NCBI RefSeq assembly: GCF_963921235.1
Contig: NC_086101.1
Coordinates: 28,830,001 to 28,894,000 of the forward strand
Direction of reading: 5' to 3'
From: Mobula hypostoma
Lineage: Eukaryota
Length of the DNA: 64,000 nucleotides
A program made the position numbers and the translations under genes. How positions within the stretch are numbered: position 1 is the first letter of the stretch; the number at the start of each line of letters is the position of its first letter. Of this stretch, positions 1 to 11,666 are shown piece by piece. The notes beneath the pieces are model-generated. The model worked only from the letters and a program-made list of their open reading frames with translations. It made no database searches and was not told where the DNA came from.

Positions 1-880
1 CTTGGATAGGTTAGGTGAGTGGGCAAATTCATGGAAGATGCAATTTAATGTGGATAAATGTGAAGTTATCCACTTTGGTGGCAAAAACAGGAAAACAGAT
101 TATTATCTGAATGGTGGCCGATTAGGAAAAGGAGAGGTGCAACAAGACCTGGGTGTCATTATACACCAGTCATTGAAAATGAGCATGTAGGTACAGCAGG
201 CGGTGCAAAAGGCGAATGGTATGCTGGCATTTATAGCGAGAGGATTTGAGTACAGGAGCAGGGAGGTACTACTGCAGTTGTACAATGCCTTGGTGAGACC
301 ACACCTGGAGTATTGTGTGCAGTTTTGGTCCCCTAATCTGAGGAAAGACATTCTTGCCATTGAGGGAGTACAAAGAAGGTTCACCAGATTGATTCCTGGA
401 ATGGCAGGACTTTCATATGATGAAAGACTGGATGAACTAGGCTTATACTCGTTGGAATTTAGAAGATTGAGGGGGAATCTGATTGAAATGTATAACATGC
501 TAAAGGGATTGGACAGGCTAGATGCAGGAAGATTGTTCCCGATGTTGGGGAAGTCCAGAACAAGGGGTCACAGTTTGAGGATAAAGGGGAAGCCTTTTAG
601 GACCGAGATGAGGAAAAACTTCTTCACATAGAGAGTGGTGAATCTGTGGAATTCTCTGCCACAGGAAACAGTTGAGGCCAGTTCATTGGCTATATTTAAG
701 ACGGAGTTAGATATGGCCCTGGTGGCTAAAGGGATCAGGGGGTATGGAGGGAAGGCTGGTGCAGGGTTCTGAGTTGGATGATCAGCCATGATCATACTGA
801 ATGGTGGTGCAGGCTCGAAGGGCCAAATGGCCTACTCCTGCACTTATTTTCAATGTTTCTATGTTTTCTATGTTTCTATG
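1..880 (+). mobile_element. CR1 LINE 3' fragment (RT C-terminus, 3' UTR, (TTTCTATG)n tail)
   Basis: ORFs 2..190 and 203..631 give CR1 ORF2 motifs (FNVDKCEVIHFG, RPHLEYCVQFWSP); the element ends in tttctatg repeats at ~855-880. Confidence 0.95.
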
Positions 881-1110
881 ACATCCTTATCTATTCCCAC
901 TCTCATCAGGACCACATCCAGCATGTCCAGAGAGTATTCAGATGCCTTCTTGAAAACGACCTGTATGCCAAGCCTGAAAAATGTGAATTCCATAAAGACC
1001 AGGTGTCATTTTTAGGCTATATACTTACCCCATCCAGTGTTCAAATGGACCCTAGTAAAGTTCAGGCTGTTGCAGAATGGCCCAAACCGTCTACAGTCAA
1101 ACAGGTACAG
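881..1110 (+). mobile_element. Ty3/Gypsy RT C-terminal fragment
   Basis: Translation HIQHVQRVFRCLLENDLYAKPEKCEFHKDQVSFLGY...DPSKVQAVAEWPKP is the typical post-YxDD Gypsy RT segment. Confidence 0.85.
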
Positions 1111-1164
1111 CCAACAGAAATGCAAGCACAGCTGAGAGCCATACAATTGCCCATGCTACACCTT

Positions 1165-1640
1165 TTTCTTGAAGGGAGGAGCCGAAGGAGAAGTTATTGA
1201 GAGTGAGGAACAGTTTCACTAGGTGGAGGAGAGTGGTGATGGAGGGGAGCTGGTTGGGTCTGGTGTCCAGAAAGAAATAGAGAAGTTGAGGCCATTCTAG
1301 TGGGATGTGGAGGTGTATAGGGTTGGACATCCATAGTGAAAATAAGATGATCAGGTCCCGTGAACTTGAAATTATTGAAAAGATCAAGAGGGTGTGAAGT
1401 GTCAAGGATGTAAGTGGTTAGGGACTGAATGGGGGGTTGGGGTGGGGGGGATAAAACTGAGTAGAGGACTGCAGATATACGTTCAGTGGAGCAGGAACTA
1501 GCAGAAACAATAGGTCTACCTGGACAGGCAGGGTTGTGGATCTTGGGCAGTTGGTAGAAATGGGTTGTACGGGTGCAGGAACTATGAGGTTGGTGGCAGT
1601 GGATGGGAGATCCCCAAAGTTAATAAGGTCGGTGATGGTG
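1165..1640 (-). mobile_element. Penelope-like element RT fragment
   Basis: Minus-strand FFLDTRPNQLPSITTLLHLVKLFLTLNNFSF matches the PLE RT at 60380-61312 (FFLDSRPNQFPSTTTLLRLAELVLTLNNFSF). Confidence 0.85.
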
Positions 1641-1879
1641 TGGGAGACTGTTGACAATCTTCTGAGACTCTGGAGTGGGGGACTCTACTACAATAATTGA
1701 TGGGCTCTCTCAGTGTACCTGGACACTCCCTGTCCAGTAGCAGAAGAACCCTATTCTGTGATCATTCCCTAACCAGCCCTGTTTCATGAAGTATGACTGA
1801 ATCAACGGGTCAGGCCACAGCTGTGGAGGGATCTGGACAGTGGATGTTTTGTGTCAACACTGCATTTCATAGGAAAAAA

Positions 1880-4800
1880 ACCATAGAAAATCGGTACAGA
1901 AGTCGGTCATTCAGCCCTTCGAGCCTGCACCGCCATTCAGTATAATCATGGCTGATCATCCAGGTCAGAAACCTGCACCTGCTTTCTCTCCATACCCCCG
2001 ATCCCTTTAGCCACAAGGGCCATATCTAACTCCCTCTTAAATATAGCCAATGAACGGGCCTCAACTGTTTACTGTGGCAGAGAATTCCACAGATTCACCA
2101 CTCTCTGCGTGAAGAAGTTTTTCCTAATCTCGATCCTAAAAGGCGTCCCCTTGATCCTTAAACTGTGACCCCTCATTCTGGACTTCCCCAACATCGGGAA
2201 CAATCTTCCTGCATCTAGCCTGTCCAATACCTTTAGAATTTTATACATTTCAATCAGATCCCCCCTCAATCTTCTAAATTCCAGCGAGTATAAGCCTAGT
2301 CAATCCAGTCTTTCTTCTTATGAAAGTCCTGCCATCCCAGGAATCAACCTGGTGAACCTTCTTTTTACTCCCTCTATGGCAAGAATGTCTTTCCTCAGAT
2401 TAGGGGACCAAAACTGCACACAATACTCCAGGTGTGGTGTCACCAAGGCCTTGTACAACTGCAGTAGAACCTCCCTGCTCCTGTAGTCGAATCCTCTTGC
2501 TATGAATGCCAACATACCATTCGCCTTTTTCACCACCTGCTGTACCTGCATGCCCACTTTCAATGACTGGTGTACAATGACACCCAGGTCTCGTTGCACC
2601 TCCCCTTTTCCTAATCGGCCACCATTCAGATAATAATCTGTTTTCCTGTTTTTGCCACCAAAGTGGATAACCTCACATTTATCCACATTATATTGCATCT
2701 TCCATGAACTTGCCCACTCACCTAACCTATCCAAGTCACCCTGCATCTTCTTTGCATCCTCCTCACAGCTAACACTGCTGCCCAGCTTCGTGTCATCCGC
2801 AAACTTGAAGATGCTGCACTTAATTCCCTCATCTACATCATCAATATATATTGTAAACAACTGGGGTCCCAGCACTGAGCCTTGCGGTACCCCACTAGTC
2901 ACTGCCTGCCATTCTGAAAAGGTCCTGTTTATTCCCACTCTTTGCTTCCTGTCTGCCAACCAATTCTCTAACCACATCAATACCATACTCCCAATACAAT
3001 GTGCTTTAAGTCTGCACACTAATCTAATGTGTGGGATCTTGTCAAAAGCCTTTTGAAAATCCAAATATACCACATCCACTGGTTCTCCCCTATCCACTCT
3101 ACTAGTTACATCCTCAAAAAATTCTATAAGATTCGTCAGACACGATATTCCTTTCACAAATCCATGCTGACTTTGTTCGATGATTTCACCGCTTTCAAAA
3201 TGTGCTGTTATCACATCTTTGATAACTGACTCTAGCAGTTTCCCCACCACCAATTTTAGGCTAACTGGTCTATAATTCCCCGGTTTCTCTCTCCCTCCTT
3301 TTTTAAAAAGTGGGGTTACATTAGCCACCCTCCAATCCTCAGGAACTAGTCCAGAATCTAAAGAGTTTTGAAAAATTATCACTAATGCATACACTATTTC
3401 TTGGGCTACTTCCTTAAGCACTCTGGGATGCCTTCAATTTACCTAACACCACTTCCCTACTAACATGTATTTCCCTCAGTTCCTCCATCTCACTGGACCC
3501 TCAGTCCCCCACAATTTCTGGAAGATTATTTATGTCCTCATTAGTGAAGACAGAAGGAGAGTAGTTATTCAATTGGTCTGCCATGTCCTTGTTCCCATGA
3601 TCAATTCACCTGTTTCTGACTGTAAGGGACCTACATTTGTCTTAACCAATCTTTTTCTTTTCACATATCAATAAAAGCTTTTACAGTCAGTTTTTATGTT
3701 CCCTGCCAGCTTTCTCTCATAATCCTTTTTCCATTTCCTAATTAAGCCCTTTGTCCACCTCTGCTGGACTCTGAATTTCTCCCAGTCCTCAGGTGAGCCG
3801 CTTTCTCTGGCTAATTTGTACGTTTCTTCTTTGGATTTGATACTATCCCTAATTTCCTTTGTCAGCCACGGGTGCACTACCTTGCCTGGTTTATTCTTTT
3901 GCCAAACTGTGATGAACAATTGTTGTAGTTCATCCATGTGATCTTTAAATGCTTGCCATTGCATATCCACCGTCAACCCTTTAAGTATCATTTGCCAGTC
4001 CATCTTAGCTAATACACATCTCATGCCTTCAAAGTTACCCTTCTTTAAGTTCAGAACCTTTGTTTCTGAATTAACTATGTCACTCTCTATCTTAATGAAG
4101 AATTCTACCATACTATGGTCACTCTTAACCAAGGGGCCTCGCACGACAGGGTTGCTAACTAACCCTTCCTCATTGCTCAATACCCAGTCTAGAATGACCT
4201 GCCCTCTAGTTGGTTCCTCAACACGTTGGTTCAGAAAACCATCCCGCATGCATTCCAAGAAATCCTCTTCCTCAGCAACCTTACCAATTTGGTTCACCCC
4301 AATCTATATGTAGATTGAAGTCACCCATTATTACTTCTGTTCCTTTATTGCATGCATTTCTAATTCCCTGTTTAATGCCATCCCCAACCTCACTACTACT
4401 GTTAGGTAGCCTGTACACAACTCCCACCAGCGTTTTCTGCCCCTTAGTGTTATGCAGCTCTACCCATATCCATTTTGCATCCTCCAGGCTAATGTCCTTC
4501 CTTTCTATTGCGTTAATCTTCTCTCTAACCAGCAATGGTAGCCCACCTCCTTTTCTTTCAAGTCTATCCTTCCTGAACACTGAATATCCCTGGATGTTGA
4601 ACTCCCATCCTTGGTCACCCTGGAGCCATGCCTCTGTGATCCCAACTATATCATATTCATTAATAACTATCTGCACATTCAATTCATCCACCTTGTTACG
4701 AATGCTCCTTGCATTGACACACAAAGCCTTCAGGCTTGCTTTTACAACACTCATAGCCCTTATACAATTATGTTGAAAAGTGGCCCTTTTTGATTTTTGC

Positions 4801-5205
4801 CCTGGATTTGTCTGCCTGCCACTTTTACTTTTCACCTTACTACTTTTTGCTTCTACCGTCATTTTACACCCCTCTGTCTCACTGCACTTGTTCCCACCCC
4901 CCTGCCACATTAATTTAAATCCTCCTGAACAACAGTAGCAAAACACTCCCCCAGGACATGGGTTCCAGCCCAGTCCAGGTGCAGACCGTCCTGTTTGTAC
5001 CGGTCCCACCTCCCCCAGAGCTGGTTCCAATGCCCCAGAAATTTGAATCCCTCCCCCTTGCACCATTTTCAAGCCACGTATTCATCTGATATATCCTCCT
5101 ATTTCTACTCTGACTAGCACGTGGCACTGGTAGTAATCCAGAGATTATTACCTTTGTGGTCCCACTTTTTAGTTTATCTCCTGACTCCCTAAATTCACCT
5201 TGTAG
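1880..5205 (-). mobile_element. CR1 LINE, degenerate (ORF1 esterase end, APE endonuclease, RT, 3' tail)
   Basis: Minus ORFs 2318..3421 (RT: YRPVSL, FADD), 3668..4297, 4281..5072 (EN: CVNARSIRNK, MGDFN) and 4915..5316 (SGLLPVPRAS esterase-like). Confidence 0.95.
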
Positions 5206-5550
5206 GACCCCAGCGGAGCAGGCGACGTTGTAGCGGGCAACGGAGTAGAGGGAGACAGAGTAGGAAGGCTTTGTCTCGAGAGGCTTCAACGAGCAGAGGC
5301 TGAGGATGAGCTTCACTCCAAGTGAGGTAAGCCCAGGTAAGTTCCTTTAAAGGGAGAACGGTCTGCAGCAGTATTTTATTTGAAGTAAGGAAGGTGGTGA
5401 GGCTATAGCTCATTGGTGAGCCTAGCTAAGTGAGCTAGGGCAGTAGCAATAGTTGTTTTAAGAACTCCAAGGGAAAGAGTGGCACCACTGCGCAGACACG
5501 TGATGTCAGCCGGGTGAGCGCCGAGCGTTTTGAAAAAGAGGGCCTCCCTA

Positions 5551-5850
5551 TCCTCCTCTACTGGAAAGATAAAGCCACACTCAGGTTGGAGGAACAACAC
5601 CTTATATTCCATCTGGGTAGCCTCCAATCTGAGGGCATGAAGATTGACTTCTCAAACTTCCACTAATGCCCCACCTCCCCCTCGTACCCCATCTGTTATT
5701 TATTTATATACACACATTCTTTCTCTCTCTCTCCTTTTTGTTCCTTTGCCTATACCCCTTGCCCATCCTCTGGGTTTTTTCCCTCTCCCCCTTTTCCATC
5801 TCCCCGGGCCCCCTGTCCCATGATCCTCTCATATCCCTTTTGCCAATCAA
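5551..5850 (+). mobile_element. Penelope-like element 3' end (GIY-YIG C-terminus plus pyrimidine-rich tail)
   Basis: Sequence encodes ...KATLRLEEQHLIFHLGSLQSEGMKIDFSNF, near-identical to the end of ORF 60846..61739. Confidence 0.85.
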
Positions 5851-5917
5851 CTGTCCCGCTAACACTCACAACACGCTGGAGGAACTCAGCAGGTCGGGCA
5901 GCATCCGTGGAAAAGAT

Positions 5918-5956
5918 CAGTTCACGTTTCAGGCCGGAACTCTTCGTCAGGACTGT
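5918..5956 (-). ncRNA. Minimal hammerhead ribozyme motif (probably inactive, GUG at cleavage triplet)
   Basis: Reverse complement reads AGTC-CTGACGA-AGAGTTCCGGCCT-GAAA-CGTG-AACTG. Confidence 0.6.
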
Positions 5957-6727
5957 TTGGGGAAGGGGCAGAGGCCCTATAAAGAAGGTGGGGGGAGGGT
6001 GGGAAGGAGAAGGCTGGTAGGTTCCAGGTGAAAAACCAGTAAGGGGAAAGATAAAGGGGTGGGGGAAGGGAGGCAGGAAGGTGATAGGCAGGAAAGGTGA
6101 AGAAAGAATAGGGGAAAACACAATAGGTAGTAGAAGGAAGTGGAACCATGAGGGAGGTGGTAGGCAGCTGGGGGAGGGGGCAGAGTGACATAGGGATAGG
6201 GGAAGGGAGGGGGAGGGAACTACCGGAAGTTGGCGAATTCTATGTTCATACCAAGGGGCTGGAGACTACCTAGACAGTATATAAGGTGTTGCTCCTCCAA
6301 CCTGAGTTTAGCCTCATCATGGCAGTAGAGAAGGCCATGTATGGACATATCTGAATGGGAGTGGGAAGCAGAGTTGCAGTTGGTGGCTGTTGGGAGATCC
6401 TGTCTGTTTTGTGGGAAGGAGCAGAGGTGCTCGACGAAGCGGTCCCCAAATCTGCGTTGGGTTTCACTGATGTAGAGGAGGCCGCACCGGGAGAAGCAGA
6501 TGCAATAGATGACCCCAACATACTCATAAGTGAAGTGTTGTCTCACTTGGAAGTACTGTTTGGGGCCCTGAATGGTGGCAAGTGAGGAGGTGTAGGGACA
6601 GGTGTAGCACTTGCACTTACAGGTCCAGCTCTTGGCTCCACCCCTCACCCTCCTGTCTTCTCCTATCATTTTGGATCTCCCCCTCCCCCTGCCACTTTCA
6701 AATCTCCTACTAGCTCTTCCTTCAGTT

Positions 6728-6763
6728 AGTCCTGACAAAGGGTCTCGGCCTGAAACGTCGACT
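6728..6763 (+). ncRNA. Minimal hammerhead ribozyme motif (core mutated, CUGACAA)
   Basis: AGTC-CTGACAA-AGGGTCTCGGCCT-GAAA-CGTC-GACT; stem I AGTC/GACT. Confidence 0.6.
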
Positions 6764-6860
6764 GTATCTCTTCCTAGAGATGCTGCCTGGCCTGCTGCGT
6801 TCAGCAGCAACTCTGATGTGTGTTGCTTGAATTCCAGCATCTGCAGGATTCCTCGTGTTT

Positions 6861-7402
6861 GCGACCTCCCTATCCAGCGGGCAGCGGAGTGAGTGATATC
6901 AGAGTGAAAGGGATTTGGCTGATGTGAGCAGACGCTGAGGAGGAGCTTGCTCCCAGTGAGGCCCATACCACTCCCGAGGCAGTCGGCAATGTTCCACGTC
7001 CACATTTCAAAAGTTGAGGCAACGTAATGGGTAGGTCATGGCAGCTGTGATCGGCCCCGTGGTTGTTAATCCTGCAGCATGTGGGAAATCAGGGATACCT
7101 CCAGTGTCCCTGATGACTATGTGTGCAGGAAATGTGTCCAGCTGCAGCTTCTGGCAAACCGCATTGAGCGGCTGGAGCTGTGATTGGATTCATACCGGAG
7201 CATCCGCGATGCTGAGACAGTCGTGAATAGCACGTTCAGTGAGCTGGCCACACCGCAGGTAAAGGCTACACAGGCAGAAAGGGAATGGGTGGCCACTAGA
7301 CAGCGTAGCAGTAGGCAGGTAGTGCAGAAGTCCCCTTGGGTCATCTCCCTCCTAAACAGAAACAGTATACTGTTTTGGATATTGTTGGGGGAGATGTCTC
7401 AT
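6861..7402 (+). mobile_element. CR1 5' UTR and ORF1 N-terminal Zn-finger/coiled-coil fragment
   Basis: Reads ...MWEIRDTSSVPDDYVCRKCVQLQLLANRIERLEL..., then ORF 7184..7492 (SIRDAETVVNSTFSELATPQVK), typical of CR1 ORF1. Confidence 0.8.
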
Positions 7403-8049
7403 GACCTTCATTTCCCTTCACATCTGCTGCCTGGCCCGCCCAGTTCTTCCAGAAGTTTTGTTTTACCCAGTGACTGGAGAAGGTTGTTCTGAGCAGCTTC
7501 CCACGGGCTATTGGGAGGTTCCTGAAATTTACACTCGCCGAATTTGATGCAACACGACTGGAAGTGGTTTGGCTCCGCTCCCTCCCGCGATCTGCTGACA
7601 CTCCACTCCCCCCGCAGTCCATTTCTGTCGAAGGATTTTCAGTTACTGGCTGCACCTGCACCGACTGGCCGCGTCTGTGAATCTAACTCCACCCTCAGCA
7701 CTTCACTGACTAACGATCAGGGTTCAGTCGATGCGAGGAGTTGTCGCAATGGAGAGCTGGACCGGACCGGTATCGCTCCTTGTCACCGCGTTATCTCTCT
7801 GCTCTGTCGCGGGAGGCCAGGCAGGTGAGGCGAGGGTATGTGACGGCGATGGTCGGGGTTTGTGTCGGGAAATTCACCTTTAAATCTTTTGGACTTTCTG
7901 GCTGTCGCTCCATTAGACGGGAAGACGACCTCACCGCACTCCTGTGTTCTCATTTCACTCCTGTGAAATTTCTGGAGTCGATAAACTCGGGGCAAAATGA
8001 TACTTGAATAGGTTTCACAGGTGGATAGGAATTGTCGCCAATTCCCAGA

Positions 8050-8059
8050 GGAAAGTCCC
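8050..8059 (-). promoter_or_regulatory. Perfect NF-kappaB site (GGGACTTTCC on the minus strand)
   Basis: GGAAAGTCCC at 8050-8059, in a stretch not assignable to a repeat. Function is not shown. Confidence 0.4.
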
Positions 8060-9329
8060 ACAATCTTAACAGAGGCATCACATTAAAGCAATTAATCTGA
8101 GTTTAACTATCCTGTAACTGCCACGTTACGTCAGTCTGTTTCACAATACCAGAGAAATACTCCTGTTCTACCCATTCCTCTAGGGTCTGCACACACATAG
8201 CGGTCCGAGTGGCCTCTTTCTGTGCCTTATGTGTGAATGACTTCTCTGCTACCAAAAACTAACTTGATTTCTCTCATTCCAAGTTCTGACTCAGGCTCCC
8301 GAATCTGAAACATTCATTCTTTGTCTCTCGGCAGATGCTACCCGAACTGTTCCAAGATTTCCATCTTGGTCATTAAACATTAGCCCTGTTTCTCTGTCCT
8401 TGCATGCTATCGGAACTTTCCGTCTTTAACTTGAGACATTAACAGTTCCTCTTTTCTCCAGATACTGCCTGGCCTGTTGACTATTGTCAGAACTTTTTCT
8501 TTCTATTTTCAAAGTGCATCAAGAGTTGGCTCTAAGTTTTGGTGATTAATGTGGTAATAGACTGGCAGAACATTGATGCATGTTATGTACAAGGACTTCT
8601 GGGAGGTTTTGTAAAATCGCCAGGTTAACACCGCTCATGCCAAATGATGCAGCGGGAAGTGGAAGCAGTTGCCAGTGGACATGAGTGGCGAGTTCATCAA
8701 AGCTCTAGTGTTGGGGTGGTTGGTCAGTATGTTTACACATGGCAGACTATGGAAGAGTCTGCACTGGCTGCTTACAGAAAATACAATGAAAAAGGAAGCA
8801 GAAGAAATAGAAGCAATAAATCACAAAGAGCAATATTGCTCAGTTTCAGTTAATTTTGGTAGCCGGGAATTTAGGACGCTCAGGGAGATTTTAGGTACGT
8901 TCAGTCCAATTCATCGTTACATGCATAAGAATGTTTTTTTTTCTCTCAGTGCGATACTCTGCCAGAGCCTCGGCGACCACTTTTTCAAGTGGTTGTCTTT
9001 GGAGGAAAGATTCTATGAGTGGTCCCCCAAGTCCTTCTCACAGCGCAGTGTTTTTTTACGAGGCCGAGTTGCGTACGCGACACTCAACCCGGCACGGATG
9101 GAAAGATCGAATGGCTCCGGAGTCCGGCGCCGATGTCACTGCGCCACCAGCCGGCCGATAAGAATGGTTAGATACAGATAAAATGAAAATCTCGCTTGCA
9201 GCAGCATTACAAGCAGGCATTTTCAGGGAACACACAGAATGACAGTTACGCAAAGCTTATGCAAGTCAATGAACAAAAACAGCGGCCGATTGAGACATCA
9301 GAGCTAAAAAAAAACACACAATCAGAGAT

Positions 9330-9497
9330 GGCCGGCTGCAAAAGTACACGGGGAAGCAACAGCGGTTGTGCCTCTGGCACTGAGTCTGGCCCTGTGGCTC
9401 AGAAGGGTAGGCAACTTAAGAGGATGGCCCCAGTAATAGGAGATTCTGTAGGCAGGGGGACAGATGGGTGATTCTGTAGAAGCAGAAAGGAAACACA
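9330..9497 (+). mobile_element. Host CR1 ORF1 (SGNH esterase) piece 1; continues at 25458-25708, 31978-32155 and 34115-34430
   Basis: VIGDSVGRGTDG here; EAVVHIGVNDLGRKRDEVL after the Gypsy 3' LTR; the sequence resumes after the L1 and Rex1 insertions. Confidence 0.8.
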
Positions 9498-10104
9498 CGT
9501 AGGGTTCTCAGCAATACTAGATGGACTATTAATTATTAATTGCTTATTACCAAAATGGCTTCTCGTACTGTTAACTGCTGAGGCAGGGGTTCTCTGTAAC
9601 CACATGTTTTGCTTAGTGAAAATGGAAATTGTATTCATTTGCTAGCCAATGGAAGTCATGTTATGTTATTTTGTATGTGTGTGCTGAGTTGAGGAGCGCG
9701 GGCTTTTTCGGGAGGCGAGCAGAGAGGACGGACGTGCGGGGAACGGACAGCGGTTCCAGGGCAGCAGATACCGGACCTTGGGGGTTCGGATGGTGGCCGG
9801 AGTCTCGGAAGGAAGTTGTGGATGGAATCGGAGGCGTGAGCTCCAACGTATTAAAATATGTGCACAAGACTGACGAGTTACTTATGTGGCGCCTTTTCTT
9901 TTAGTTGTTGCTACTAACCCACCACCAAAACTTGCTATAAAGTATAATTCGTTCCTCGCACTCGGTATATTGTTTGATATTTGTGTCGTGGCTGATCATT
10001 GGGTGCCTCACACCGCATCCGCACCAAAGCATTTGCACTGTTTGGCGGGGTCGACGCCTACTGACCCTAGGCGACGGGACTCAGTTGGGGCAAAGGCCGT
10101 TACA
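9498..10104 (+). repeat. 5' LTR (CGTAGGG...CCGTTACA)
   Basis: Collinear homology with 22069-22477 plus 25213-25457. Confidence 0.9.
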
Positions 10105-10107
10105 TTG

Positions 10108-10117
10108 TGGGGGCTCG
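10108..10117 (+). promoter_or_regulatory. Primer-binding site complementary to tRNA-Pro 3' end
   Basis: TGGGGGCTCG lies 3 nt after the LTR end and matches the first 10 nt of the canonical tRNA-Pro PBS (TGGGGGCTCGTCCGGG). Confidence 0.75.
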
Positions 10118-10175
10118 AGCCGCGGATTTCAATTCTGTCGGATACGGTGTAAATCGCCAGAGTTAAATAGAAGAG

Positions 10176-11548
10176 ATGGATGCGTATAAGATTGAACCTT
10201 GGTGTGAGATCTTGGATGTCCCGGTTAATCATGCCTGGGTATTAAGTGGGGTGGATATACATTTCCCGGACGATGCGTTAATTCGATGTTTGAATACGGT
10301 CAGAGCTATCGGTAAGGTTGAGATTGTAAGCAGAAAGATTGGTAAAACGGGAGACTCCGCCTTTGTGCTGATACAGACTGGTGTTGACGTCAAGGAACTG
10401 GGACTGCCCCAGTCTATCGGTGAGGTGGGTGAGGCGGGACCGTGGGCGTGCACACTGTCACGGAGGAAGGGTTTGAAGAGACACCAGAGAAGTTGCCCGA
10501 GGCTACAGGCGGAGATTTTAGAGAGCGGGTCCATTCGTTTCTGAAGGATGAAGAAAGGGGGTGGTCGGATTTGGAGAATGTAATTAGTTCTCATCCCTCA
10601 GGGAAGGCGGAGGGCTCTGAGTTGGCCTCAGCCATTAACTCTTCGGTGAACCGGGTGGTGGGTCCGCGACCGAAGTTAAGAATTTTCTCAGGGAAGACCC
10701 CCATCCCCGACGGGGAAGAGGATTATGAATCCTGGGTAGAACATACCTCTCAGCTGCTGGGTGAGTGGCAGTGTTCTGAGGAGGAGAAGCGACAAAGATT
10801 GGGGGACAGTTTGAGAGGGGCGGCAGCTGAGGTGGTAAAAGGGGTGAGAGTTAACCAGCCCCTGGCTTCTTGGAAAGAGTGTCCAGCCGCCCTAGAGGAG
10901 GCGTTTGGGCTGACGGGAAGCACGGTGGAGCTTTTCGGTGGGGGTTGCGGGGGGGGGGGCGGAATTCAGAATTTGCTTCAGGAGAAAGGGGAAAAGCTTT
11001 CTGAGCATCTTCTCCGACTAGAGCGTAGGCTAAATTGCTTGAGGCGCCGGGGGGTCATTTGGGGAATGAGGTGGATCGGATAAGTACCGATCAGGTAGCC
11101 AAAGGCGCGCAGAGATATGATGCGATGGCTACGAGTCTCCGGCAGTCCCGTAGAGCGCGTCCCCACCTCCCCACGCCCCCCCCCCCCCCCCCCCCCCCCC
11201 GCTTTGGTTCAGTTGCTCAGAGAGGTAAGGGAGGAGGAGGACGAATTGGAAGCGGAACTGGGATCCGTTAACAAGGTACAAACCTCGGTAGCAGCTCCTT
11301 GTGGTGAAATGGCCGGGGCCAGCTCTACGCGGGAGATACAAAAGGGGGTGGCGGCAGGTGGGGTTCCTCCGCAGGAGGGGACTAGCGGAGAAGGCCCCTC
11401 CCTGAAGGGACGCACGGCGCTGAGGCCAGGCGAAGGCCGGGGTCCCGCGAGGCGAGGCGTGTGCTATAACTGCGGGGAAGAGGGGCACTTCAGGCGGGAA
11501 TGTGAACGGCAGGGAGCCCCAAGGAAGGAGAGCCCCCGGGTGTCCTAG
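10176..11548 (+). pseudogene. gag: Gypsy gag, PNMA/Ma-like, frameshifted, with C-terminal CCHC knuckle
   Basis: Pieces in ORFs 10176..10544, 10442..11083 (KLRIFSG...EEDYESWVEH), 11035..11271 and 11117..11548 (CYNCGEEGHFRREC). Confidence 0.9.
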
Positions 11549-11666
11549 CAGGAAGAGGGGTCGGGAAACTTAGAAGAGACTCAGTGAGGGAACGGACTGG
11601 AGTCTCTGGAAAAATACGTTCCCAACAATGTGCAGCGGGACCATCGCAAGGAAAAGACCTTATCCC

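Larger units (their letters stand above)
5851..6860 (-). mobile_element. 5'-truncated Penelope-like element (-, 5851-6636) with inverted pseudo-LTR copy (+, 6637-6860)
   Basis: Minus-strand GIY-YIG (VIYCICFSRCGLLYISETQRRFGDRFVEH); 6637-6860 is a + strand copy of the same tail seen at 61960-62170. Confidence 0.85.

Noticed and set aside
8681-8726. Alternative leader exon MSGEFIKALVLGWLV with A|GTATGT donor
   Set aside because: It is phase-compatible but would need a 34 kb first intron; the donor at 42448 with a more signal-like peptide is more parsimonious. Not fully excluded without RNA.
11176-11200. 25-nt poly-C run (and G runs at ~10950, 19440) as programmed frameshift or G-quadruplex signal
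   Set aside because: Homopolymer expansion in a dead element or sequencing slippage is simpler, and nothing supports function.
10176-11548. Domesticated PNMA-like host gene
   Set aside because: It is frameshifted and sits between LTR/PBS and pol of an ordinary Gypsy element.
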